Source of the DNA: Takakia lepidozioides
Lineage: Eukaryota > Plantae > Bryophyta
Reading direction: 5' to 3'
DNA: 64,000 nucleotides
Assembly (NCBI GenBank): GCA_030704615.1
Contig: CM060733.1
Location: 38,502,001 to 38,566,000 of the forward strand
Part shown: positions 12,197-24,100 of the stretch, in pieces
Numbering within the stretch: position 1 is the first letter of the stretch
Layout: the number at the start of each line of letters is the position of its first letter
Translations under genes and position numbers: made by a program
The notes under the pieces: model-generated
Databases searched by the model: none
Told to the model about the DNA's origin: nothing
What the model saw: only the letters and a program-made list of their open reading frames with translations

Positions 12197-14501
12197 GTCT
12201 CTAACCCCCTCTCCACAAGGTATCCGGGTAGAGAACCTGATGCGGCTTATGGTTTGGAATACTAGGTTCCTAACATAGCATGCACCTGCACCTGTATCCA
12301 CCGCAGGCACTCCCATGGTTGGCTGGTCATCACCTCCAACCTCACCACAGGAGAAACAAAGATGGTCTGACTGGTCATCGACCCAACCTCACCATTAACA
12401 GCATGCTCTAGGGTTGGATTGGCGATCAAGCCCGAATCAACCACCTATAAAATCAAGCACCCACACAAAACTAGCATGGCGCACAATCAAGCATGCAAGT
12501 GTGGAGGGGATCTAAACACAAGAATGAAAACAACAACTCCCCCACACCAAAAATAACTCCACAGTGTCGCTCCTGCAAGGACACCCCAGCCCAAACCTGG
12601 ACTGATTCTTGCCTCCACCTACGGAAAGGTCTCGGCCTACAGAAAAGGTGGAAAGCTATGAGGAAGGGAAACTAAAGCAATGCCTATCCCCAACACGCTC
12701 TCATCCCAACACCCTTTTTTTTTCCTCTCTTCTCTCACTTGCATGACCATGATAGCATCCTGTAGACACTCCTCAAAACCGCCCTCCACGAGCTCATGAA
12801 ACTTGGCCTCCAAGGCCCCATGCAAGCCTCCACAGGGGACCGCCAGTGCCTCCTTATGTCCACCAGCCATTCCTCAGAATGGAACCACCTCAGGAAACCA
12901 CACCATTCACTGAAGGTTCAAAAATGGAGCAAATAGAGATACATATAGGCCCCAACAACATCATGTCCAAAGGAATTACCTGCAGGCTGGTCTCCCCCAT
13001 AGTTCAGAATTGGGCTGAAAAACCGAAAAAATTACCTGCAGGGAAGTAATCCCCTTTGTTAAAATGCAACAGGGAGGCAATTCCGACTTTTCTGCCAGAT
13101 CAGCTAGCTCAAAACCATTGTTCTTCAGAGCCCAGCCTCCCCATCAAGGTCCCACGAAACGAGTGTGAAATATTATTATTTATTTATTTATTTTTATTTC
13201 TTGGTTTACTCTACCTGTTCGCGGCCTTCCGTGGCTCTAACCGCCACGATTTCTCATGGCCCGCCCTAGGCGCTCGTTGGCCACGGGCTACCCCCGTGAT
13301 ACCCCGTGGTACCACGCCCACGAGTCTTCACAGCCCGCCATCCCCACGATCTGGTCATTGTGCCCACCCGTGGTGTCCGCACCACGGCTTCCCACGGTCA
13401 CGGTCAACGGTCACGGTCAACAGTTTTGTGCGTTCCCAGGAACTCCCATATGAGTTCCCATGCGTTCTCGAGGCGTTCCCACGCGTTCCCAAGCTGGGGT
13501 TTGCTCCTGCACCTGCTGCCTCTGAGCTATGGCTTCTGCAAAGCCACCAGACCTGCTGCCATGCTCTCTTGGGCTCTCAAGACCCACCAGAGGCACCCTA
13601 AACTCAACAAGCAAACAATATGCTGCCCAACAAGCTTCATTTCTTCATGAAGCTCACAAAAACGAATCTGAAAATACACACCTTTACAAACTTGGTGCAC
13701 TTGCACTTCTCATGCATATCCCCTAGCTCTAGGGCGCCTCGTTGCTACCCTTCCAGCCCCGCTCTTGCCACTCCAAGAGCCCTTACAATGCTGAGTTTCA
13801 GATTGAAACTCCAACTCAACACATGTTTCACAAGTGCACTGATTTGTACACAAGAGGGATCAGCCCCCTCTCTTCACTCATACCTCTTCATGAGCTTGGA
13901 GCTGAAGCTCCCAACGGGCTGCGATGCATCCCCTCGCAGCTCCACCATTCGGCTACTCCTCATCTACTCGCAACAACTGGTTTCGGGCAAAAATACCTGG
14001 AGCTGATCATATCATCTCCAACCTGCAACATGCTAGCTTCCCATGCGCAGCCCACATTTCTGCAGCTCCTCAACTCGGCCTGCAGCTGAAGAAGATGACC
14101 ACAGTTCGCCCACTCGTGGCCAACATCCCCTCCGCTTCACACTGATCCGCATACTCAGTTGCCATAGCGTTCAGCTATGCAACACCGACCGCCTCTCTAT
14201 CCATTGCAAACTTGCAACCTGTTCGCATTTGCACTCTATCCGCTTTGGATAGGCTCATGCACGAATCCCTGCACTGTAGGCTGAACCGTTTTTTATGATC
14301 TGAAAACACAAGTGCTACAACTAACTCGAACCTGGCACTCACAAACTCGAGCTGATCTTTCTCGAGTGATAAAGAAAAGAAAGATACAAGCACACAAGCT
14401 CTCTCAAACTCACATACTTGCACATGAAAACATCACTCATATATTAATTCGAGCCAAGTGCACCCCACGCCATGGGGAATCCACACTACGGCGCCATAGC
14501 T
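12197..14501 (-). mobile_element. 5' leader and 5' LTR (14173-14501) of a Ty3/Gypsy element of the same family as 55924-64000
   Basis: 12197-12850 aligns with 61873-62520, and 13720-13850 aligns with 63850-64000. 14367-14440 resembles 56142-56232. The putative LTR is bounded by AGCTATG...CATAGCT. Confidence 0.8.
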
Positions 14502-14699
14502 AGAGACGGTGAGGCTCAACTCGATAAAGATGAGCCCACCGCGATCTGCTGTGAAGATAACAACGTCAGGTGCCCAAACATGTATTGGCCCCTGGATTGT
14601 CACTTGGGTCAATCCCAAATGTCAATATATAAAAGCTAGCTATTTCCTAGCTAACTTCACACTAGTGGTAAAATAACTTGACATAGAAATGAGATGAAT

Positions 14700-15600
14700 T
14701 ACCAGACAGGTGAACTCAAGATGGAAAGTAAAAGCTAGCTTGTTGGTTTTAAGTGATTTTCCTACTATCATTGCCAAAGTCCAGATGAGCCTTCGATTTG
14801 GAGGAGCTCAATTTCTGGTGGCGCCAATTGATGTCGGGAGCCTCCAAATTAGCAGGGGATTTGCCAAGTTCGGGGGATGTCATCATGCCACGTGATTCTA
14901 GATTCAGAGAGCCTGGTGCAAAGGACGCTACCCTTAGCCAAGGAGAGGTTGAATTCCGAGAATATTTGTTGGCGCTTTCTCTCGCTACACCTGTTGGAAG
15001 CTGCAAGCAAAGACACCCAAGCCTTGCGCCCCTCAGTCATCAAATCACCATACAATTTGCAGAGAATAGATCTGATGCTTGGGCGTTTCCCTTCAAAAGC
15101 CAATGAGCACCTAGCCTTCCAAACAGACCATAAAGAGAGCGCTCGTAGGGAAGCCCAAACTGGGCACTTGATCCAGGGAACTCCATTGTGCAAGTTTAGA
15201 AGTAGCAGAGGTTCAGACAGCGGAGGCATATCTTGCCAATTGGAGAAGAAGGTTCTCACATGGCGCCACACTGCCGAGGAAAACAGTAGAGTAGGCAGTG
15301 CTCCAAAGACTCTGCCATACCCCGATTACAAACTAAACCAGCCGGATCCCAATTAGTAAAGGAAATTGCCACTGGTAAAATGCGATTAGCAATCTTCCAT
15401 AAGAAGGCACTAATTTTAGCTGAGCGTTGCTTGGCCCAAATGTCCTTCCAAACATTGTTCCAGCCCTGAGCCTGCAAAATCAAAGTTCCATTTTTTGTTC
15501 TTTTTGGCTTTGAAGCATGCTTTGCCCAAAAGGAGCCTGTACCCTGTTTTGACAGTGTACCCCATGAAAGAGGTTTTGGTGCTGTCAATTCACCTCCATT
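14700..15600 (-). mobile_element. 5'-truncated LINE (L1-like) ORF2 3' end with zf-RVT region
   Basis: WKDIWAKQRSAKISAFLWKIANRILPV...C...ESLEHCLLYC...WRHV...LWSVWKARCSLAFEG. Confidence 0.8.
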
Positions 15601-16832
15601 CTCTAGGGTCGAACTGAAGTCTACTCAGGGGGAAACGGAGGAACCAGGTGAGCGGAGTTTTTGAGGCCCAACAAATCTCATCCCCAAGGGGCGGCTTGGG
15701 GTCCAAGATACCTGGGGGGTGCACTCCAGCCAATATGTACTAGCCACGTGCGTGCAAAGGAGGGGGTATTTTAAACCCCTCCATGTACAACATTATACAT
15801 AGAGGGGGGTTTATATCACCTTAAATATAATCTTACAGGAGGGGGTTATAGAATTTTAGGAGTAGTCTAGTGGTAAGGGCGTAGAATGTGTCGTGACGCA
15901 CCGCGGGATCAAATCGCGATGCAATGTTTGTTTGCTTTTTCTTTTTTTTTTCTTTTCTCCCCGCGATCTGTCTCCCGCGGGCTCTCTTTTCCCTCCTCCC
16001 CCGCACCCCTTCCGTGTCAGCATGGTCTTAGCAGGCCGAGAGAGAGAGATTATAATGTTCATAGGGATACTGAATTCTGTTCTTTGAAGAGTCTTCAGGT
16101 AGAGGTAGTGCTTACACAAGGCTTAAGGCTGCTTGAGAAGTGGGAGCATGCTACGCTGCACTTGACACAGTTGACCTGGCCCATGTTTGAGCTTCATACT
16201 TGGGTAGGGAAGCCCTTCAAGGATGACATGTTGTTGATGTTTCATACTCGACTTGATGACATCCTCAAAATACGAGAGGTTAGTACTGTGTTACGTGGGA
16301 TATATTGGGCAATAGTTTGGTGAATAACATGAAAACTACCATGGAACATCCGAATCGGGAAATAAGCCCACAACTGCGGCGTACATTCCAGAATAAGTGA
16401 AATAAATGCTGTAATTTTGAGAATTTTGCAATTACTAGGACCACAAACTAACCTCACAAATTCAGTGGCGTACATGACGACATAGGGACACCCTGACTCT
16501 CCCCAAATAACATCGACAATTCGGATAACATTGGAAAGAAGCACATGTAGACACCCACAGGACCAATGATGCATGAGCTCCATAAAATTGCCAAAGAGAG
16601 CACACATATTATACAATTGGAACCATAATGGAGGGAGAAGGTCTGCCATATCATTCAACAACCTCACGAATGCTGCTATTGAATTGAAATGTTTGGTAGT
16701 GACAATGTTCCAACTACACATTACACATCATGGTTGTACCCTTTGCATACTCATAGTCGAAACCAACCTGAATTCAGATTTGCGATACTGGATTGAACTT
16801 TCACCACATTCCAGAAACAGCAAGTCATCTAC

Positions 16833-19800
16833 CTATGTGCTTGTATCCCGTTGCAAGAGAGTACTGATCTCGTTGAAACTCATTGTCGCCTGGTGAATGA
16901 AGTTATCACGTTTGGGATCACAAACCATCCTCTTTACAAATATGAAGTACAAATGTTTGCAGGGTACGAATTTACCTCTCTTGCCCAAACTGGTTGATAA
17001 CATCCCAACAAAATCAGGACATATGCAATTGGGGAAATTGGAAACAGTGATGTCGTACGCCCTATCGTGAACAGCAGATGTCGAGGTGATCATTGTGTAC
17101 ACCCGACCATACCCAAGATCGGGCACCTCCGTCGTGCTGGAAACACGAGCTTGGAGCATTCTAGCGGACTCCACCTTGCCGAAGTGTTCTGCAGTTGGAG
17201 GGAAAAGTCGAACAAGATTTCCATTTCGTTTTGTTGGCCACAAATGAGCATCTACCGGAGGGACCCTTGTACTCCCAGAACTGGAAGCAGATGCACGCAC
17301 ACGGGGTTGTCTTGCAAGGGAAAACCCTGCCTCTTCCAGCATTGCAATCTCTTGATTTGTGAGATTTGCTCCCAACTTCACGGGCCAAACAGCTGGTGGA
17401 CTTGGCTTCATCACCACGGAAGGTCGCACAGTTTTATGCACACATCTCCCACAATCGTCCGCACAGAACCAAAACTTGTTGTTCTTGGCTTCTGGTGGAG
17501 CTGGAGTGCGGGCACCACCACCGGATATGGAAGAAGTGCATTTCTCAGAATTGGTTGCCCTGATCGCCGTACATTTGACACGAGACCCTGCAATTGTGTG
17601 CTCTATATGCCAAATGTGGTCGGGGCACATGGACTCCACAATATCAGGGAGCAACTTTATCTCTTGCACCATTGCAATGGGGTTGTTATATGTTGGAGTC
17701 TGCCCTCCTGTCGCAGATTCCTCAAGAAGGGTTGGTCCGGATATATATCTATCATGCAGAGGGACACGAGGCGTGGAGAAGTTATCACGGTCTGCCCTAT
17801 GCAAATCGGAATCCGAACTAGGAGGGGTGTTCAATTTCCTCTTGCAGGAGCCAAATCTCTCCTCCCCTTCCAGATGTGGAACTCTAGACACAAGAGGCGT
17901 TCCTTTGGAATACATGTCCAACGCCCGTGCTATCTTGCTTGGATCCCCTGATCTGCTTGCAGCACGCAACAACAACTCTTGTTTGTCCGGACCTTTCCCA
18001 CCAACGCCTCCTCTCAAGAAGTCATGATATCTGGTTTGTTGTTGGAGTGCACGTATGAGATCATCTGTTGTTGCCACATACAAATCCCGACCCTGTTTCC
18101 CGGACTGTTGCAACCATGCGTTGTGCACTGTCTCTGCCAAATTGCAAGATGGACATGTTCTGGACTCATGTGTCCTCAATGGACATGTTCTGCAAAGTGG
18201 AAAACACACTTCAGAATACCAAAGAGGTTACAACACCACCCAAACAACTGCATATCTGCACCCCTGAAAGATATGGAAAATGCATGCAATACTAGATACG
18301 TACCGTTGTCATGGATGCTCCCCACTGCCTGTACCGGAAGTGCCAAAACGCCAACCAATCTTCCAATGCTCTCATACTGTCAAGCGATGCTGCTTCTGAA
18401 GAGAACCACCAAGCACGAATTGTCTGGAACAATGTATTCGCCTCCGTCATTGATTTGGTATCTTTGTATTCTTTGCACAACTTACGATGCCGTGTCTGCA
18501 TCTCACGTTTGATATCCGCTTTCGTATGTTTCTCCAAAGATTGGGTCCAATGGAACAGACATGTACGCTCTCTTCCCTCCATTGGCACCTTTGGGTCATA
18601 ATCCGCACAATATTGAAATTCGCCTGTGCACTATCTGCCATGAAACCAGCAAAAATCGAAGCAGGGACGCCATGGCACCCCATAACACGAATCAGGGATT
18701 TCCACATTAACTGCTGGGATTCCGAATCCTCCGATTGCATGTCACAAACTGCAATTGTCATAACTCGCTGGTATACAGGATCGTACACATGACAAGCCAT
18801 AGTCGTCCAATCTTTCCCGTTTTGACGTGATCAAACATAAGAAAACATTTCTCAAGGTCACCACTCTTCTGCATCCGCCTAACGAGGCTCACCCCGCTGC
18901 CCTCCCCGGTTGTGGACATTTTGAAAAGATATACTTTTGTCGCTCCTTGCCCTGGAAACACACTGTCCTGTATGTAGCCATACTTGCTCATTCCTTTCAA
19001 TTCCAGAATGTTGTCAATGTAGCCTCTATTTCCAGAACGCATTCTCAATGCATTCACCTGATGGCAAATGTTGGGTGAACTCTGAAAAATGATCCATGAC
19101 AATGTCCAATGCTGGTCCATCAAGTTTACTTCCCACGGAATCCACTGCACATAAAATATGGCTATCCAAGAAGCTCTTGCTTGCGGCAAGAGCAATTGCA
19201 GATGTGGTTGCGGATGAGTTGCTCTCGTACTCTTGTTTAATCAACTTCGACACTGTCTCCCTGTAATCGCCCTTTGAGACTGGATGATTATGAAATTCGA
19301 AATGCACACAAGCTCGAGTCACAGTTTTCAAACGGTGCATCACATAGTATATTCTTGCACCACACACCGCCAGGCAGGATGGGACAAGCTTACAAAATTT
19401 GCAAACGAAAGTGTCCGTCCGCGAAGGAGCCGCCCTCGGCTTAAATGGATTTTCAGCGATACCCTCCACTCACTCTGGTTGTGAACCCCCGATTGAAGAA
19501 AGTGCCTGCAATTGAAATTTTTGCACCTAAGGTGCCCATTGCAAACTGTTCTCCTAAAGATGAGTTTGTCTTGATTTTGAATATTTGACGTTTTCGTCCT
19601 ACACCATGGGTGTCCGTCGTGTCTCTTGTCCATACCATGCATCAGGCTTGAGATACCTCCAACATGAAGAGGAGGAGGGAGCTCGAAAAGGATATCCCCA
19701 TCAAACGTCTCTGGAAGATATTTCACAAGAACAATATTGAAAGTGTCCCAATGAATTCCCCGCAACTCACTTTGAAACCGGACATCCCCCCCATTGACCG

Positions 19801-20276
19801 TAGTTTTGGAATGACACTGGAGATCTCCTGAACATCGTCTTGCACAACTACAAGAGGATGCACGTCAGTAGTGATTTCAGTGATGTCTTCATCTTATGAA
19901 TCCGAAAGCTCAACGATGGGAGTGGAGGATGTTTTCTCTCTTTTCACTACAAAGTCCCTTTTGTCTTGAACCACAGAAGCAGCTGTCCCTGGAGTGACAT
20001 ATGATCCAAGGGACTTTCGTCGAGGCTCCCCAAGGACCATGTATCTTCTAGGGCGGACTCTCCACTGTCTGACCAGAGCTGTCTCATCACGGTTCTGGAA
20101 GGAAACTTCCCGTTTGAACCGTAAATTTCTCTCTCCAAGAAAATTGTCCCATTTTGTAGCTCAAACCGGGTCGCCAAGACATGTTCGAGCACAATAGCAA
20201 ACCCATCGGCAAGGGCTTCTTTGGAGAACGACACTGGTTTCTCGTCAAAGAAGAATTCTGCTTCAGAGGAAGCCAT
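16833..20276 (-). pseudogene. MULE-type GCM-like/DDE/SWIM transposase, copy B (frameshifted, intron ~18191-18303)
   Basis: HDGHPWCRTKTSN...CNGHLRC, LMFDHVK, MACHVYDP, FMADSAQAN, CLFHW, NLAETVHNAW, CICPDF...CKHL. Confidence 0.85.
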
Positions 20277-21119
20277 CTTGCCTCCTCTCGTACAAAGATC
20301 CCTTGCTATTGCAGCTCTTCAGTTAAATCTGTTGACTGAGGTCTCCAAAATACTGGTGAAGCATGAGCAAAGAATAGCGGAGGAAGTACACACGATGATT
20401 GTGCACATTCTGTTATTCCATCCCTCTGGCAAGCTCTTCCTGACATGCAGCCATCCATTTTAATTACTTTTTTGTGGGGCCCCATAGACGATTCCCTAGG
20501 AGCAATTTCAATAGCTGTTAAACCTTTATTCAGAACGTCATCAATTAACATAATAACCAGCCGACTTCTCAGAAGTGTGCCAAAGGATCTGAGGGTGGGA
20601 TAGCAGATGAAGTAAATGCATCTTAATAATAGTATCATTGATCATGCGCACCTGGAAAGTCCAAACTTTGAAACGAACGTGGGGTGGGCTTACAAGGATG
20701 AATGTGTATGATATCCATAAATTTGTCAACAAATACTCGTTTACTTACATATATTTGTCTGAGATTGTGCGCCAGATGGCCCCATATTTTTTATTCCATG
20801 GTGCCATGGTTTTGATGGCATAGGCATTGTCTGAGTTTGTGCGCCAGATGGCCCCATATTTTTAGGCATATTCCAGATAATTTTCTAGGTGCAGTCAAAC
20901 CAACTAATTTTTTATTTGCAATGTTATATTCATTTATAATATCTGTCGTTGTTATATTCAATTATTAAAACCCTTCAAATAAATGACACGCCATTCATTT
21001 TGGGTGACACACGTCAGACTTCGATAACTACATTGCAGACGAACAGCTGTCCACTAATGGCTGGCAGTGCACTAATAAGGGAATGACATTTATGTAACGG
21101 TCACGCGAGAGGGAATCCG

Positions 21120-24100
21120 ATGCTTCTAGAGACAATCCTTAACGCACGCAACTCCGCAAGAAATCGAGAGTCACTTTGTCTTTCTTGTTTCCGCACTTAA
21201 AGGGAGAGAGGTAGTCAAGCTAGAGATAAATCGCAAGGAAACTGAAGGAGGTGGAAATCTGGGGAACGCAGAACCGGGAGAAGGTCTACAAACCCTAGAC
21301 CAGACAGGAATTCCGACAGATGTGAAGGGGAAGAGGAAAGCTGCAGAAGGGGATCCAAACTCAAAACCGAAGAAGGCGCCAGTAAGTGTTCTCCACCCTT
21401 CCATTTCCTGTTTACAGATGTACGAAGTGAGTGAGTGAAATGTCCTAGAAAATGATGGTCGGTACCGACCATCACTATGAAGTCATGTTGATTTGCTTTT
21501 TATTCCTCTGTTTCAGGTTTTCCATACCAGTTGTTTGTGACTGGCGGTACCGCCATTCACTGTTCTTCAGATCATAGAGTCAATCTGATTGCCTTTCCAA
21601 CACTCTTTCTCTTTCTTTCTGTAGCAGGAACCTGTGATTGTCGGCAATGTCATTCTCTTTCATTTCAAAACTCACATTCTGATACAAAAGAAAGTGAGTG
21701 TCGGTGCCGACAGTAACTATGATTCAGCATTGACTTGCACCAAACGCAATGTTTTCCATTCTAGTGCAGTGTGAGTGTCGTTAACGCCATTTGATTCTCC
21801 TCGTGAGCTTCCTGTACCTGCATGCGTGGAGAGAGAGTGATGGTCGGCACCGACCATCACTATTCAGTCATATTGTTTTGCATTGCATTTTCTCTGTTTC
21901 AGGTTGAACAGACTAGGGAAGAGGAATGGCAGTACTGCCAATCACTTTTCTTGAGACTATATTGTAGCTTCATGTCTAAAAACAGTTGCAAAGTACATTC
22001 CAAAGAGACAAGAAATAGTGATTGTCTTTAACGACCATCATAATGGAGTCTCTCTGATTAACGTCAATCACATTCCTTTGAAAACATAGACTTCTTGCAT
22101 TTCAAACAATGTGCATTCACTCACTTTCTGTTACAAACTAAAGTGAGTGTCGGTGCCGCCAATCACTATAAGATATATTTCTTTGCACCAAACCGATCTT
22201 GTCAGTCTTTCGAGTGTAATGTTTTTTTATTGTCATTAACGCCGTTCGCTAATGCTCAGAACCTTTCTGTACCTGCTTGCCCAGAAACAGAGTGATGGTC
22301 GGTACCGACCATCACTATGCAATCATAGTGTTTTGGTTTGCATTCGTCTGTATCAGCTTTGTTAGTGTAGATGGTTGTGAATGTCGGTGTTGCCATTCAC
22401 TGTGATTTGAGACAAGATAGACTGATGGTCGGTACCGACATTCACTATTTGCACATAACTGAGTGTCTGATTGGCATGGCATCGTGCAGAAAACTGTGAA
22501 GTCCAAGCAGACAAGAACAGAGGCAAAAGGTTCTGGAGATGGGGACGAGTCTGCCAAGAGCTCGGATTATAGCGATGAAACAGATGAACCTGAAGTGCAC
22601 TACCTTGACAAGGTGAAAGAACTCATGTCATTCTAGAAGGTAAACTCTCAGGAGGTTATTAGGGACATGCTCGTCTCTGGAGGGCGTCTTGACATCCCAC
22701 TATGCCTGATGATATCTATGCTTGTTGTGCGTCCTCCACTTTCCATGACATTACAAATTGGAAACTGATTTCGTGCATGGATACAGACTTGGTGCACAAG
22801 TTTTTTATGTGTCACTCACGGATACAAATGGGAAAAGCACATTAGTGTCTCCTGAGATCACCGATACCTGAGATGAGTGCTGGAAAGATGTTAATGAGGA
22901 GTTCGAGCTGGGCCTCATGATGGGAAGAAACACCCAGCAATTCTGCAACCATATGTTCTACGTCTGGGACGGTAACCACCGATTGCTGGCATGGATGGGA
23001 TACATTCAGAAACATCATTCAAAAGACAAAGACAAGCATGTTGCTGTAGAGGTAATGGTTCTGGATCTTGGAAACGACATCGTTAGGCTTTTTACAGCTA
23101 TGCACGACGTGAACAAGTAAGTCATCCTAGAGACTCCATTGCCTCTTCAATGTCTTGTTCATCCCACCAAAAAATGATGTTTACCAATGCATTGTTTCCA
23201 TTCTTTTTGCAGATCGACAGAGAAATCGCATGTGACAACAAGCTTGGTCCACACACTTTTCCGAATTCAGAGGATTGGTCTGATGAAGCTGGATGATTTT
23301 CGCACAGTACTCCACCCCGATATAATCAAGAAGTGCGAAACAGGAAGAGCTGCAGACACTTGGTATTCTTTGACTCGAGAGGCATTTCTGGAGTACATGT
23401 ATGCGGTAAGGCTGAGCCTGTACTCCCTTGTCTTTTTGAATACATGTTTGTAATTCGTTTTTACTCATCCCTACTTTGATCAATGCAGCAAGAATTGGCA
23501 GAGGCAGCTGAGAAGGGGAAATCCGAATACTACCGCATTACAACAGAGGAAATTAGGACATCAAAGGGTGTGGAGGCAGCAATAAAGAAGGAGTATGAAA
23601 TCCGGAGAACCAAACTGATGTCCGCCTTCTCTAAGCAGCTTAGAATAGTAGATCTTGGCCTTGGAGAGGAGTTCCTTCTGCAGATCAAATCTCACTATGA
23701 CAAGCATGTGCACTCGGAGATGCAGCAGGAGAAATTGCACCGGCTGGCCATCTCCATGGTTGACCCCCAAACCAAAATTAGATGGCTGGATCAGGAAGTA
23801 GAGAGGTCTCTCTTGGCGATACTGTTTTTTCCGAGAGTTTTCGAAGGATGGTAACATTTTGCGGTCCAACGACTTTGACAGTCAGGTTGGGGGGGAGTGG
23901 GCCATGATGCGAGTTGTGTACAGGTGCATTTCCAACTATAAACTATGTTGCATCTTGTGAGAAATCCTTAGGCGTTGTTAGAAGGGCTCTTCACTTCGGT
24001 GCCGACATTCACCTCCATGGCTATGAGCTCCTATGGACAGAGATTTCATTAACATGGATTAGGGAACTCAGGGTGTGTTGGCAGTGTTCTTGAATGGAAA

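Noticed and set aside
17067-18027. Long plus-strand ORFs (294 and 222 aa) over transposase B, and similar antisense ORFs over A and the pol genes
   Set aside because: Antisense shadows of real coding sequence, not conserved between copies.
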